Sequence record: PZ445488.1
Direction: 5' to 3' (one strand)
DNA length: 64,000 bases
Origin: a phage
This document shows positions 1-9,277 of this stretch, piece after piece. Each line of letters opens with the position of its first letter. Positions within the stretch are counted from its first letter, which is position 1. A program made the position numbers and the translations under genes. The notes below the pieces were generated by a model that saw nothing but the letters and a program-made list of their open reading frames with translations, did no database searches and was not told the origin of the DNA.

Positions 1-514
1 AATCGGTAAGAGTCAAAGAATACTTAGGACGAGTCAAGCCAGAATCTTCAACTTTATTGTAACCATTGATAACAATTTTACCATCTTTATTTGTAATAGC
101 AATTGTATCAATCTGAAGACCACGTGAAACTCGAAGCAATTGTTGAAGGTCTTCGGCTTTAATTTCAGTAATCACAGAAGCCACTGGGAATTGAATTGGC
201 TTATTAGGAAAAACAATGGTGCTCTTGTCGGCAGCAGGCCAATAAACTGTGGAACGTGTATCTGCAATTTTAATATTGCCATCAGTGTGCATTGAAATTT
301 CAGCATCATCAGACACTAGACTCAAAATGCTTAAGAAGCTATTCAAATCATAAAGTGCTACGTCAAAATCAATTTCATCAGAGATATTTGCTTCTGCATA
401 AGTGGTGCCATTAACTGCACGAGTCATAATAAATTTACCTTGACTCAGCAGAATACCGGAGTTAATAGAGGCAAAGTTTTTCAGAATAGCGATAGTATCT
501 TTAGACAGTTTCAT
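1..514 (-). CDS. 45: DNA polymerase sliding clamp gp45, N-terminal ~171 aa; C-terminus lies beyond window edge
   Basis: Minus-strand ATG at 514 gives MKLSKDTIAILKNFASINSGILL...; close match to recalled T4 gp45 N-terminus; synteny with rpbA/46/47. Confidence 0.85.
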   Translation of the reverse strand, partial: MKLSKDTIAILKNFASINSGILLSQGKFIMTRAVNGTTYAEANISDEIDFDVALYDLNSFLSILSLVSDDAEISMHTDGNIKIADTRSTVYWPAADKSTIVFPNKPIQFPVASVITEIKAEDLQQLLRVSRGLQIDTIAITNKDGKIVINGYNKVEDSGLTRPKYSLTLTD

Positions 515-556
515 TTTATTTCCTTTCAAGACAATTCAAAGTTTATAACAAATTTA

Positions 557-973
557 TTATGCATCAACCATCTGCTTTTTAATAGCTTCAGGCAGTGATT
601 CAATATATTCTGGAATTTTAGAAGCAACAATTTCGCCAGCTGCAATTAATTGTTCGTCTGCATCAACACAGTAGAAATCTTCCAGACGCTCAGAACCGTC
701 TTTATCAAGAACGATTTTTCCACCGGCTTCAATAGAATCTTTATAGTGCTTACGCATCAGATGAATCCACATATCAGATACATCGTTATCAATAAAACCA
801 TAAATCATAAAACGAGTTTCTTGTGGCAAAGATTGAAGCTTTTTAGCACTTGCGTCATCACAATGCAGGACCCATGCTTTACGAACACGATTATGGTTAT
901 GCGGGTTAGCGTCAGTACGGATAGAAGTAACTTTCAGATCAGCAGCAGTGAAACCTTTAGCAGTAGTAAACAT
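557..973 (-). CDS. rpbA: RNA polymerase-binding protein RpbA-like (assigned by position)
   Basis: 138 aa ORF between gene 45 and gene 46 as in T4; ATG start. Confidence 0.5.
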   Translation of the reverse strand: MFTTAKGFTAADLKVTSIRTDANPHNHNRVRKAWVLHCDDASAKKLQSLPQETRFMIYGFIDNDVSDMWIHLMRKHYKDSIEAGGKIVLDKDGSERLEDFYCVDADEQLIAAGEIVASKIPEYIESLPEAIKKQMVDA

Positions 974-985
974 ATTATTTCTCTC

Positions 986-1186
986 TTATTCGTAGAAGTC
1001 AGTAACTGTCCATGCGGAATTGCGATTAGACATTATTTTATTATACTCATCTTTAAAAGCAGATTTGAGCATTTGTTCAGTAACAATATGTTCTTCACCT
1101 GAAAACGTATTGGTCAAAACATATTTTTTAATTTCAGGGACAACGAGAAGATGTTGTCCGGTTGAATACTCCATGTTGTTCTCCAT
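986..1186 (-). CDS. hypothetical small protein (T4 45.2 position)
   Basis: 66 aa ORF, ATG start, tightly packed between rpbA-like and 46. Confidence 0.45.
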   Translation of the reverse strand: MENNMEYSTGQHLLVVPEIKKYVLTNTFSGEEHIVTEQMLKSAFKDEYNKIMSNRNSAWTVTDFYE

Positions 1187-1228
1187 TTAATTTGATGTGG
1201 TCATTATAACCACATCGTGTTAAAGCGT

Positions 1229-2917
1229 TTATGAAACAGTCATTACCGTAAATCGTCCAACTTTGCTCATCTGAAGATGTTGTCCATAACGTTGAGGGTC
1301 ATGGTCTCGATGAGAGATAATGAACACATTAGTATTTTGTAAACTTCCAAGAATGGTATCTATAGCCTTAACAGCCTCAGAATCGACAGCACCATCAAAA
1401 ACCTCATCAAGAATCAGAGTGTTGATTTTAACGCCAGAGACCTTTTCAGCAATATCTCGCCATGTAAACAACAATGCGATATCGATACGTGCCTTTTCAC
1501 CTTGACTAAATGAAGCATAACTGAACTCTTCACGGCCACGTGATTTTATAGATTCATTGAATTCTTCGTCAATAGAAAACACGTAATCAGCTTCCATGAT
1601 TTTAAGATAGTGGTTAATCTGCTTGTTGAACAGAGGCACATATTTTTTAATGATAGCACCTTTAATACCAGAATCTTTTAACATATCTGTGATAATACCA
1701 CGATGGTATTTTTCAAGAACGATATCCGATTTTGTTTTAATGATTTTATCAAGTTCTTTTTGAAGCAAAGCTATCTCATCGGCGTGGTCGATAAATTCCG
1801 CCGAGGCTTGCTCTATTGCAGCTTTAACTTTCTTAGCTTTATCAATAGTGGCAATCATTGCTTGTTTCTTGGTACGGATATCGGATGCAAGGTCCTGTTT
1901 AGTCTTAACATTAGCTCGATATTCGTCCACTAGGACACTCAGATTATCTCTGTGGCAGGTAAGTTGCTCGAATGAGTGATTACATTCATGAAGCTTATCG
2001 GTAATCTTAGAGACAATAGGGTCACCCTGGTGCAACTGTGATGCGCAAGTAGGACATGTACCGCCATCATGATACATCTTAATAACTTTGTTATATGAGT
2101 CAATTTTAGATTTAATCAAGAATGCTTCTTGTCCGATCTTGTTGAATGCCTCAGTAGGGTCTTCGTCAAGAACGATATTAAGTAGACGCTCGTTAGCTTC
2201 TTCAATTTCTGCTTTTAATGAACGAGCTTCTTTGGCTAGGTCGTCATACATATTCTGTAGACGCGCTACATTATCGCCAGATAATTTCTTTTGACGTTCG
2301 ATATTCTCGTTATAAATCTTAATTTGTTGGATAATACCATCTTTCTTGGCATCGAGAACTTGTCCCTGGGAATTAAGTTCTCGAACTTGAGACTTATTGA
2401 TTTTATCCATTTCAGCTAGTGTTCCAACTTCTAATAAGTCTTCAACAAGCTTTCTGCGAGCAGGGGTGCTAAGAGCCATGAAAGGGGTATACCCTGCCGT
2501 CCCAAGCACAACGATCTGTTTAAAAGACGCGTATGACATTCTGATGCTACGTTCAAATTCTTCTTGGAAGTCACGACTGCTGGCAGATTCATCAAGACGA
2601 ACACCGTCAACGGAGATTTCGAAAATATTAGGCTTTTGGCCTCGTTTAATGAAGTATTTTTTATCATCGAATTCCATCCAAAGCTCAACTAAGAGCTCTT
2701 TCTTGTTCGTGCTATTAATGATTTGTCCTTTCTTAACATCACGAAATGGTTTACCGAAAAGTCCGAAAGTAATGGCTTCTAACATCGTAGATTTACCACC
2801 GCCATTTTTACCAGTGATTAATGTCTTTTGGACTTTATCTAATTGGATATCAATAGGATTCCCACCTACCGACATGATGTTTTGATAACGAACACGATTT
2901 AATTTAAATGATTTCAT
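1229..2917 (-). CDS. 46: recombination endonuclease subunit gp46 (Rad50/SbcC-like ATPase)
   Basis: 562 aa; Walker A GKNGGGKST; long coiled-coil middle; zinc-hook-like CPTC; C-terminal ABC signature region; T4 gp46 size. Confidence 0.92.
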   Translation of the reverse strand: MKSFKLNRVRYQNIMSVGGNPIDIQLDKVQKTLITGKNGGGKSTMLEAITFGLFGKPFRDVKKGQIINSTNKKELLVELWMEFDDKKYFIKRGQKPNIFEISVDGVRLDESASSRDFQEEFERSIRMSYASFKQIVVLGTAGYTPFMALSTPARRKLVEDLLEVGTLAEMDKINKSQVRELNSQGQVLDAKKDGIIQQIKIYNENIERQKKLSGDNVARLQNMYDDLAKEARSLKAEIEEANERLLNIVLDEDPTEAFNKIGQEAFLIKSKIDSYNKVIKMYHDGGTCPTCASQLHQGDPIVSKITDKLHECNHSFEQLTCHRDNLSVLVDEYRANVKTKQDLASDIRTKKQAMIATIDKAKKVKAAIEQASAEFIDHADEIALLQKELDKIIKTKSDIVLEKYHRGIITDMLKDSGIKGAIIKKYVPLFNKQINHYLKIMEADYVFSIDEEFNESIKSRGREEFSYASFSQGEKARIDIALLFTWRDIAEKVSGVKINTLILDEVFDGAVDSEAVKAIDTILGSLQNTNVFIISHRDHDPQRYGQHLQMSKVGRFTVMTVS

Positions 2918-3153
2918 ATGTATTCTCTTCGAATGAAGTCCTCTACATATTTTAACATGTCATCCCTATCAGCAAAATATTCATCTAGTTCTGCATACAT
3001 AACAACACCTGGGGCGTACTCACAGGTAACATACATTGTTCCAAAGAAACGAGGAGTTGATTCCTCGTAATTCTCAGTCCATTCAACTATACCAATATAA
3101 CCGTCACCAACACTAAATTCATGACGATGGATTTCATAATCAGTCTTCGTCAT
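2914..3153 (-). CDS. hypothetical protein
   Basis: ORF between 46 and 47; track start at 3168 is TTG, in-frame ATG at 3153 with GAGGA SD. Confidence 0.45.
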   Translation of the reverse strand: MTKTDYEIHRHEFSVGDGYIGIVEWTENYEESTPRFFGTMYVTCEYAPGVVMYAELDEYFADRDDMLKYVEDFIRREYI

Positions 3154-3397
3154 TATACGCATCCTCAATACACGCTTCAGCCATTTTAAGAATAGAGCCA
3201 GGAGTATCGTTGTCCATTATATTAAAGCTAAATTCAATAGCCCAGTCGGTACAGACATGAACGGCTTTAACTTCATTGCCTTCAACGCGTAATGGCTCAA
3301 TCCAATACTTGATAGTGTTCTCGAATCCATCATCATCTTTAACGTCTATTTCAACTTCAAGCCCGAGCCCAGCATTGTTAAATTCATCTAAAGTCAT
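3140..3397 (-). CDS. hypothetical protein
   Basis: 85 aa ORF, ATG start, stop/start overlap with gene 47. Confidence 0.45.
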   Translation of the reverse strand: MTLDEFNNAGLGLEVEIDVKDDDGFENTIKYWIEPLRVEGNEVKAVHVCTDWAIEFSFNIMDNDTPGSILKMAEACIEDAYNDED

Positions 3398-4413
3398 TGT
3401 GTTGCCTCAATATAAAGTTCGTTGGAATATTTGACCAGCGCTTCTCTGTCTTCGTCTGAGATATCTGGAATCGCGTCAATATATTCTTTAATGATATCTT
3501 GAAGTGATTTAATCTCGATTTCCTGGTCGTCATCAGATTCAACACTGTTATCAACTTTAGAAACCATACGAAGAGAGTGAACTACTTTTTCAAGTTCAGA
3601 TTCAAACTTAGTCAACTCTGAATCAATTTCTGATACTATAACACGTACGGCTAGATTAGTATAATCAGAATAATTAATTTTGCCTTTAAACGGATAAGTG
3701 ATTCGTCGATGCCATGTTGTTTCATTAGGAATAAATTCCATACGTTCAACATCAGTGTCAAATACCCAGAATCCGCGCGGATCGTTCTCATCACCTGCAG
3801 TAAGGGTCCATGGTGTCCCAATATATTTGACGTTAGCAGCTTCAGAGATTGTGTGGAAGTGGCCAGACCAGACTTGTTTATAGGTCTTTAAGAAATCAGG
3901 TTCAAGCCCATGAGACTTCATTCCTTTATAGAAATAAAAACCGTTCAGTTCCCAGTGACCAACACAATACGCAGCAGAAGAAGTCTTGATGTGCTCTAAG
4001 ATTTCACCTGTATTTTCTTCACACATCCACGGAACGATATCGATCAGACATCCGTCAAAATCTACAGTAGTTGGATGTTCGTAAATAGTAAAGTTTTCAA
4101 ATTGAGTTAACAATTCAGAAACAGTGTTAGGTGTTATTGTATTCTTAAACGCCATGTCATGGTTTCCTATCGTGACATGAACGTGAATGCCTGCCTTAGA
4201 AATCATATCAACGATTTCACGATTGAATTCCATTGTACGATGTGTTATTGCTTTACGGACGTCGAACCAATCACCGTACTGAATCCAAGTTTTAATCCCG
4301 TGTTTCTTAGAGTATTCAATTGCTTGACGAATACCATCGCGTTGAATATCTTGAACCCATGGGTCGTCTTGTTTGACTCCAATATGGAAGTCGCCTAAGT
4401 GCAAAATTTTCAT
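3394..4413 (-). CDS. 47: recombination endonuclease subunit gp47 (Mre11/SbcD-like phosphoesterase)
   Basis: 339 aa; N-terminal MKILHLGDFHIG and GNHD calcineurin-like phosphoesterase motifs; T4 gp47 size. Confidence 0.92.
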   Translation of the reverse strand: MKILHLGDFHIGVKQDDPWVQDIQRDGIRQAIEYSKKHGIKTWIQYGDWFDVRKAITHRTMEFNREIVDMISKAGIHVHVTIGNHDMAFKNTITPNTVSELLTQFENFTIYEHPTTVDFDGCLIDIVPWMCEENTGEILEHIKTSSAAYCVGHWELNGFYFYKGMKSHGLEPDFLKTYKQVWSGHFHTISEAANVKYIGTPWTLTAGDENDPRGFWVFDTDVERMEFIPNETTWHRRITYPFKGKINYSDYTNLAVRVIVSEIDSELTKFESELEKVVHSLRMVSKVDNSVESDDDQEIEIKSLQDIIKEYIDAIPDISDEDREALVKYSNELYIEATQ

Positions 4414-4457
4414 ATTATTTCCTCATTAGTTAATTCATTCTATCATCCGTTTATAAA

Positions 4458-4483
4458 GCAAAAAAGGAACTCCGAAGAGTTCC
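4458..4483 (-). terminator. rho-independent terminator-like hairpin (GGAACUC-UUCG-GAGUUCC + U6) on minus strand
   Basis: Perfect 7 bp stem with UUCG loop followed by TTTTTT on the minus strand, immediately after small ORF 4483..4656. Confidence 0.5.
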
Positions 4484-4656
4484 TATCCACATAGTACACC
4501 ATACAGAGGCTCATTTGAACTTTTAAATCGAATGGGCTTGTATGTAATAGTTCCTTCGGCTTTAGCTTTATCATAAGACTCTTTAAAACGTCTCATTCTT
4601 TCTGCTTTGCCTTTACGGATTTTATCGAAATTTTCAGAAGTCGGGATGTTCGTCAT
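4483..4656 (-). CDS. hypothetical small protein (57 aa, below ORF-track cutoff)
   Basis: ATG at 4656, translation MTNIPTSENFDKIRKGKAERMRRF..., stop abuts terminator hairpin. Confidence 0.35.
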   Translation of the reverse strand: MTNIPTSENFDKIRKGKAERMRRFKESYDKAKAEGTITYKPIRFKSSNEPLYGVLCG

Positions 4657-4695
4657 GCATAATCACCTCTCAGAAAATACCTAAATCGATTTCTC

Positions 4696-4902
4696 TCATC
4701 GTTTCCACCATTTCTTAACTTGAAATGAATCAACCCACACGAGTTGTTTTGGGTCTGCCTTTACAATAGGCGGACAAATTTCTGTAATAGAACCGTCGTG
4801 ATATTCCTTTTCAGAAATTTTAACACAAAGAGGACCTCCCAATTTAAGGGTGAACCCTGCATTCAGCTTCAGACGTTTAAACTTTGTTTGAACTAGCGCC
4901 AT
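4696..4902 (-). CDS. hypothetical protein
   Basis: Track start 4917 is TTG; in-frame ATG at 4902 preceded by GAGGA. Confidence 0.35.
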   Translation of the reverse strand: MALVQTKFKRLKLNAGFTLKLGGPLCVKISEKEYHDGSITEICPPIVKADPKQLVWVDSFQVKKWWKR

Positions 4903-5200
4903 TAATGATGTCCTCAATAGCCTGACGAGTAGTAACCCACTGGATTTTAATTAACTTGTCATTATATGGTTGTCGTAGAATATCCCGAGATTTCTTAATA
5001 GCATATTCGTAAGCTTCGAAGTTGTTTTGAATTGCTGCTTCTTGAGCATGAGCATAAAGACGGTTTAGTTCAAAACGATTCTTTTTAAGAATCTTTTCGG
5101 ATTTTTTACGTGCTTCAGCTTCATTTTTCTTTTGGATTTCTTGTAGCATTTTAGCTACTGCATCTTCTGCTTCTTTATTTTCAATAATCTCGGTAGTCAT
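4877..5200 (-). CDS. hypothetical protein
   Basis: 107 aa ORF with ATG start, Lys/Glu-rich. Confidence 0.45.
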   Translation of the reverse strand: MTTEIIENKEAEDAVAKMLQEIQKKNEAEARKKSEKILKKNRFELNRLYAHAQEAAIQNNFEAYEYAIKKSRDILRQPYNDKLIKIQWVTTRQAIEDIINGASSNKV

Positions 5201-5201
5201 A

Positions 5202-5417
5202 TTATCTCATTAAATTAAAATAAAAACGTCCATCCTCTTCAATACAGAACTCATACTCAACCGGAGTCCCATTTATCGAAAATGACACGTCATGTGGGTT
5301 CAAAGGGTCGATGTCAAAATTAATTTTAAATTCACGACCCAACAGTTTTACCAAATAAGGGATTGCTTCGTCAAAAGGTTCTTCTAAGTAGTTAGAGATG
5401 TCAATTGTCATCCTCAT
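5202..5417 (-). CDS. hypothetical protein (start uncertain)
   Basis: ORF immediately downstream of gene 55; internal Met chosen to avoid long overlap with 55. Confidence 0.35.
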   Translation of the reverse strand: MRMTIDISNYLEEPFDEAIPYLVKLLGREFKINFDIDPLNPHDVSFSINGTPVEYEFCIEEDGRFYFNLMR

Positions 5418-5958
5418 ATAAAAAATCCAAACTAGGCGAATCGCTAACAACTTCCTTCTTTTCAGCCCCAGGAGCTTTATAAGCGGATTCTTCATAATGC
5501 GTCATTTTATCGTAGATGTCTTGAATAAACGTTTCATCTACCAACGCTACCATATCATCGTCATGACTGTCGTAGACATTATGAACGAAGTAACTATATT
5601 TCTTTGCAACTTCCTTACGTTCTTTTTTGATACGTTGGACAAAAGCATTAAAACAAGCTCGAGTTATGTATGCATGTGGGTTATTGTACTTAGTTTCGTC
5701 GAAATTATGAAGTCCCTTAATAGAGGCTTCAATCCCATCTGCAATCATCTCCTGCTTCCAAGACTGGGTATATCCTGAAAAGTTGAAACGTTTGGACAGG
5801 CCTTCGGCAATAAGCATAATTGCTAAACCGATGGTATCATTCTGACGAATAATTTTGTTTGGGTCTTTATTATTTAAGAGCTCCTTTTTCCACTCGATTA
5901 TAGCGGCGAGAAGCTCTTTATTATTCACATAGTTATTTTTAGGTTTTTGTTCAGTCAT
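5401..5958 (-). CDS. 55: late-transcription sigma factor gp55
   Basis: 185 aa from ATG at 5958 (track start 5976 is TTG): [24 protein letters not shown]...; near-identical to recalled T4 gp55. Confidence 0.92.
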   Translation of the reverse strand: MTEQKPKNNYVNNKELLAAIIEWKKELLNNKDPNKIIRQNDTIGLAIMLIAEGLSKRFNFSGYTQSWKQEMIADGIEASIKGLHNFDETKYNNPHAYITRACFNAFVQRIKKERKEVAKKYSYFVHNVYDSHDDDMVALVDETFIQDIYDKMTHYEESAYKAPGAEKKEVVSDSPSLDFLYEDDN

Positions 5959-5978
5959 AAGTACCTCTTGGCTCAATT

Positions 5979-6016
5979 CATAGGTCTATTATATCATAAT
6001 ATTTAGAGACCTATCT
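5979..6016 (-). promoter_or_regulatory. early-promoter-like element with flanking inverted repeat (PeSL-like) upstream of gene 55
   Basis: ATAGGTCT...AGACCTAT inverted repeat around a TATGATATAAT -10-like element on minus strand. Confidence 0.35.
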
Positions 6017-6030
6017 TAAAGCACGAGATA

Positions 6031-6300
6031 CTATCGGAGCAAACAATAAGCCTGAAACACTTTTTCCATTAAACGTTTGAACTCATGTATATCAATATAA
6101 AGCTCAGTAAGACCGGCATTATAAAGAAAATCTAAAAAGTTCTCATGTGTTTCGTTATAGTCGCCTTCATTTAATTGAGATACATGAGTTTCCCAAAAAC
6201 CAACACCTTTAACGAATGGAAAATACGTGACTTTCATGTATTCGTCAACATAAAATTCGCCCAGCTTTTCTTCAGTTATACTGATTCGAGTTAATTTCAT
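6031..6300 (-). CDS. hypothetical protein
   Basis: 89 aa ORF, ATG start. Confidence 0.45.
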   Translation of the reverse strand: MKLTRISITEEKLGEFYVDEYMKVTYFPFVKGVGFWETHVSQLNEGDYNETHENFLDFLYNAGLTELYIDIHEFKRLMEKVFQAYCLLR

Positions 6301-6524
6301 TCTAGTTCCTTTGCTGCTTCAAGAGCAGCATCAAGCGAATCAAATTGGTCAACGAAATCAATATTCAACGCATCGTCAACCGTAGCATATAGCCACCATT
6401 GTTTAAATTCATATTCTAGAATAAATCCAGGACCTTCGATCTGAGGAAGACCTAGACTATTTGTACCAACTTCGTAACCAGCTAGACGCAGATCATTAAT
6501 CAAAGTTTCTGTTAGTACGCTCAT
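6297..6524 (-). CDS. hypothetical protein
   Basis: 75 aa acidic ORF, ATG start, 4-nt overlaps with neighbours. Confidence 0.45.
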   Translation of the reverse strand: MSVLTETLINDLRLAGYEVGTNSLGLPQIEGPGFILEYEFKQWWLYATVDDALNIDFVDQFDSLDAALEAAKELE

Positions 6525-6853
6525 TTTACCGCCTTAACAATTTTCAAGTCAGCGAATTTTTTCTTACGTTGATTTTTCATACGACGGATAGTTTTTTCAG
6601 AGATTTCATGTTTCTGATAAGCTTTAGATTCAACACCAAATGCAGCAACGTCAAATTCAGAAAGAATATATTGTACTAGAATTTCGCGAATAGAATTACG
6701 TCCAATTTTCTGGTCGTGTTTTTGCATGATTTCATAAAGACGGAATTCCCACGCGTCAAGAACTTGAGGAGTAACAATACCACCTTTTTCTAGAAGACTA
6801 ACAACTTTATCGAAAGCGAAAGAGTTCACTACGTTTTTGATTTTAGTAGACAT
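6521..6853 (-). CDS. hypothetical protein
   Basis: Start moved to ATG 6853 (MSTKIKN...) preceded by GAGGAAA SD. Confidence 0.45.
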   Translation of the reverse strand: MSTKIKNVVNSFAFDKVVSLLEKGGIVTPQVLDAWEFRLYEIMQKHDQKIGRNSIREILVQYILSEFDVAAFGVESKAYQKHEISEKTIRRMKNQRKKKFADLKIVKAVK

Positions 6854-6871
6854 ATTATTTTCCTCTGTTAT

Positions 6872-6916
6872 TTTATTATCCAACGAGAGCATTATACTCT
6901 GCTCTCAAGAGTTTGT
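6872..6916 (-). repeat. 45-nt intergenic cassette, copy A (identical copy at 36283..36327)
   Basis: TTTATTATCCAACGAGAGCATTATACTCTGCTCTCAAGAGTTTGT on plus strand; contains GAGAGC/GCTCTC inverted repeat around GTATAAT (minus sense). Confidence 0.7.
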
Positions 6917-6919
6917 GCG

Positions 6920-7159
6920 TTATTTCGTGATAAGATAATGTAAATAGTTTGCTTGACGAACACTGATATCAACACCCATATCAAAGATACCTTTATAGAA
7001 CGGGTATTTGTTTTCAGTAGAATCTAGACTAAAAGCCTTTCCGCCACAACTAACGGTAATAGCATCAGTTAAAGTGTCATATGCAAACTTAATAGTTGAG
7101 CCGTTCACTACGACTTCAAGACGTTTTTTCGATGTAATAATGTCTAATTCTTGTTCCAT
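6920..7159 (-). CDS. hypothetical protein
   Basis: 79 aa ORF, ATG start. Confidence 0.45.
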   Translation of the reverse strand: MEQELDIITSKKRLEVVVNGSTIKFAYDTLTDAITVSCGGKAFSLDSTENKYPFYKGIFDMGVDISVRQANYLHYLITK

Positions 7160-7219
7160 GATATTTTCCTCATTTTAAGACGATAGGAAGATAACACTTC
7201 TTCCTACCATCGTAAACTA

Positions 7220-7420
7220 TTAACCGAACTTTTTAGCGCCTTTCCAGCCTTCGTACATAATTGCGCAAGTCAATAGCACAGCATGTTGGCATTCTTTGTA
7301 TTTGTAAATCCAGAACCAGCGTAAAAAGTCTTCATCCTCAACACCGTTGAGTTTCATATTGGCAAAGAATTCGGCACGTTCTTCACGAAGTTGCCATGAC
7401 ACAATATTTTCAGGATTCAT
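7220..7420 (-). CDS. hypothetical protein
   Basis: Start at in-frame ATG 7420 (MNPENIVSW...). Confidence 0.4.
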   Translation of the reverse strand: MNPENIVSWQLREERAEFFANMKLNGVEDEDFLRWFWIYKYKECQHAVLLTCAIMYEGWKGAKKFG

Positions 7421-7551
7421 TTTGTGTTCCACGCCCCATTTTCATCGATGAACTTAATCCAGTCATTTACAGACCATTTAGTTGTATCACCCTTTGGATT
7501 AACATTTAAAGTATATAATCCCTGCTTAAAAAGCATTCGTTTGATATTCAT
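7417..7551 (-). CDS. hypothetical small protein (44 aa)
   Basis: ATG 7551 with GAGGAAA SD; longer track ORF would overlap upstream gene by 86 nt. Confidence 0.3.
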   Translation of the reverse strand: MNIKRMLFKQGLYTLNVNPKGDTTKWSVNDWIKFIDENGAWNTK

Positions 7552-7558
7552 AATTTCC

Positions 7559-7852
7559 TCAACTGTAACGATAACATTCGTTAGCTTTACGTTTGGCTTC
7601 AGTATGAGAAGTATTATAATCATACTCTTCTTTACTGTAAACATCTTTTTTCAACTTACGAACCTCTTTGCGGAGTTGTCGATTCATTTCATTCTTGACT
7701 TCAGAATCAACACCTTTCATACGTTTCCATTTATCTGAGCGGAAGATGTTTTCAACCATGTCTTTGTGGCTAACACCGTCAGGAGCTTTACGCTTACCAA
7801 AATAGTCGTAATCGCGAACTTTCAAATCTTTACGACGATATGTTTTACCCAT
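7559..7852 (-). CDS. hypothetical basic protein
   Basis: ATG 7852 with GAGGT SD; Lys/Arg-rich. Confidence 0.4.
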   Translation of the reverse strand: MGKTYRRKDLKVRDYDYFGKRKAPDGVSHKDMVENIFRSDKWKRMKGVDSEVKNEMNRQLRKEVRKLKKDVYSKEEYDYNTSHTEAKRKANECYRYS

Positions 7853-7859
7853 AAGTACC

Positions 7860-8108
7860 TCAGAGGTTGATTGATACGACACGTTTGATAAAATTCACTT
7901 CACTTACTGAAAGGTCTTTGAGACCGATTGATTCTAAACGCTGAGTAAGCGTCAACATCGGGATATAATCCCATTGTGTTTTAGTCGTTTGATAAGTACG
8001 GACGCCATTAGCAATTTCAACATGTAAATCGGAAATGGTAATGAATACCAGTCGCTCGTCATTAACTTTAAGGGTTAGAACAACTTTCTTTGAATCTAAA
8101 CTAATCAT
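7860..8108 (-). CDS. hypothetical protein
   Basis: 82 aa ORF, ATG start overlapping upstream stop. Confidence 0.45.
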   Translation of the reverse strand: MISLDSKKVVLTLKVNDERLVFITISDLHVEIANGVRTYQTTKTQWDYIPMLTLTQRLESIGLKDLSVSEVNFIKRVVSINL

Positions 8109-8287
8109 GGCTTAATTTCCTTCGCAATTGAACAGAAGATACCACGGTCACAAAGCATTTCACCAATTTCTGGATATTTGATTGAACGGTACCAAACATC
8201 CAGGCTTGAAACTCTGGTTATCTGTACTGCATTACCGTTGACAGAATAATACTGGTCAACCTTAATTTCTTTATCTTCAATTGTCAT
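8105..8287 (-). CDS. hypothetical small protein
   Basis: ATG 8287 with GAGGAAAAT SD (MTIEDKEIKV...). Confidence 0.35.
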   Translation of the reverse strand: MTIEDKEIKVDQYYSVNGNAVQITRVSSLDVWYRSIKYPEIGEMLCDRGIFCSIAKEIKP

Positions 8288-8452
8288 TTTATTTTCCTCT
8301 ATAGTAGATGGTTTAATCTTAACACATCTATTGAGGATGTAAACTGTTTTATGAAAATATTTTTGATTTGAGAGGGGCACAAGGAGATAGTGAAGTGAGG
8401 ATTCCAATAGATTATATTAGAAATGGGATAAAGAAGACCAGGCGGCACCTGG

Positions 8453-8776
8453 TCAATCTTCTATGATATCAGAGTCGTATCCTAATGAAATCAAGGACTT
8501 TTTAAACTCTGCAATATTCTTTTGTTTCTTATCATTTAAAAATATGACAGGATAACGAATATTAAGTGAAGTGAATCCTGCACGTTTAGCAAGAGATACG
8601 ATTAAAGGACGATCATATTCAATCTTACCATTATTAGTGAGGACTTTATAAAATGTATAAGGAGCATTGAGCTCCTTTAAAAGTTTTGTAACAGTATAAC
8701 ATCCTGGACAACGACCTACTTCTTCAGGGATGCCATAAATTTCAATCTTGTTCTTTAAGTTCGAGTTTTGTTCCAC
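8453..8776 (-). CDS. glutaredoxin/NrdH-like redoxin (start uncertain, possibly GTG at 8776)
   Basis: CPGC active-site motif after beta-strand IEIYG; C-terminal YPVIFLNDKK glutaredoxin-fold pattern; lies upstream of nrdG/nrdD. Confidence 0.5.
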   Translation of the reverse strand: MEQNSNLKNKIEIYGIPEEVGRCPGCYTVTKLLKELNAPYTFYKVLTNNGKIEYDRPLIVSLAKRAGFTSLNIRYPVIFLNDKKQKNIAEFKKSLISLGYDSDIIED

Positions 8777-9059
8777 GAGAAATAATTCCTTGATAAGCCC
8801 AATAAGGAGGATTAACAGAATCATCACCAGAGTTTTCTTCAGGAAAATAAACCTGGATAACAAATCCAGATGCATCAAATGTAAAATAAACTGTAGGCAG
8901 TTCACCTAACAATTCGACACGAGCATTAATTTCTTCGAGATCTCGTTCGCGTTCAGCCCAAAAACTAGGATTTAGATTACATTCGTAAAAATAATAGTCA
9001 TTACCGAACATATCAAACCCATTCCAACTCTCTACCACGTACCGCTCAAAACTAATCAT
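8742..9059 (-). CDS. hypothetical protein
   Basis: 105 aa ORF, ATG start. Confidence 0.45.
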   Translation of the reverse strand: MISFERYVVESWNGFDMFGNDYYFYECNLNPSFWAERERDLEEINARVELLGELPTVYFTFDASGFVIQVYFPEENSGDDSVNPPYWAYQGIISRGTKLELKEQD

Positions 9060-9061
9060 AA

Positions 9062-9277
9062 TTAAGCCTTTTTATCAAGAACAGAATTCAGTCTGTTAGT
9101 AATTTTATCCAGACGCTCATTGAACTCATTAGAAGATAAGCCCTTTTCTGGAGAAATTAAACTAATCACGAAAAATACACCAGTAAAAGGAATAAGAAAA
9201 ATAGCTCCAACTGCCATAAACAAAAAGAACGTTACAGTTGTAAGAAAATCAGCTAAACCTTTACGAAATTTATACAT
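9062..9277 (-). CDS. hypothetical membrane protein
   Basis: 71 aa, one long hydrophobic segment. Confidence 0.45.
   Translation of the reverse strand: MYKFRKGLADFLTTVTFFLFMAVGAIFLIPFTGVFFVISLISPEKGLSSNEFNERLDKITNRLNSVLDKKA

Noticed and set aside
650-1102. Plus-strand ORFs in the minus-strand early region (for example 650..1102, 1320..1505, 2397..2885, 10712..11115, 14140..14427, 18792..19148, 35616..36134, 36064..36474, 37378..37835)
   Set aside because: They lie antisense within well-supported genes (rpbA, 46, nrdD, ATPase and others), lack ribosome-binding sites, and have low-complexity translations typical of shadow ORFs; the 37378..37835 frames mirror the Pro/Lys-rich linker of the opposite-strand gene
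6872-6916. Interpreting the 45-nt repeat as a standard sigma70 or T4 early promoter
   Set aside because: The best -35-like hexamer (TTGAGA) is only ~6 nt from the TATAAT; no GTTTAC at the right spacing and no MotA box (TGCTT) upstream, so I report it as a repeat of unknown function
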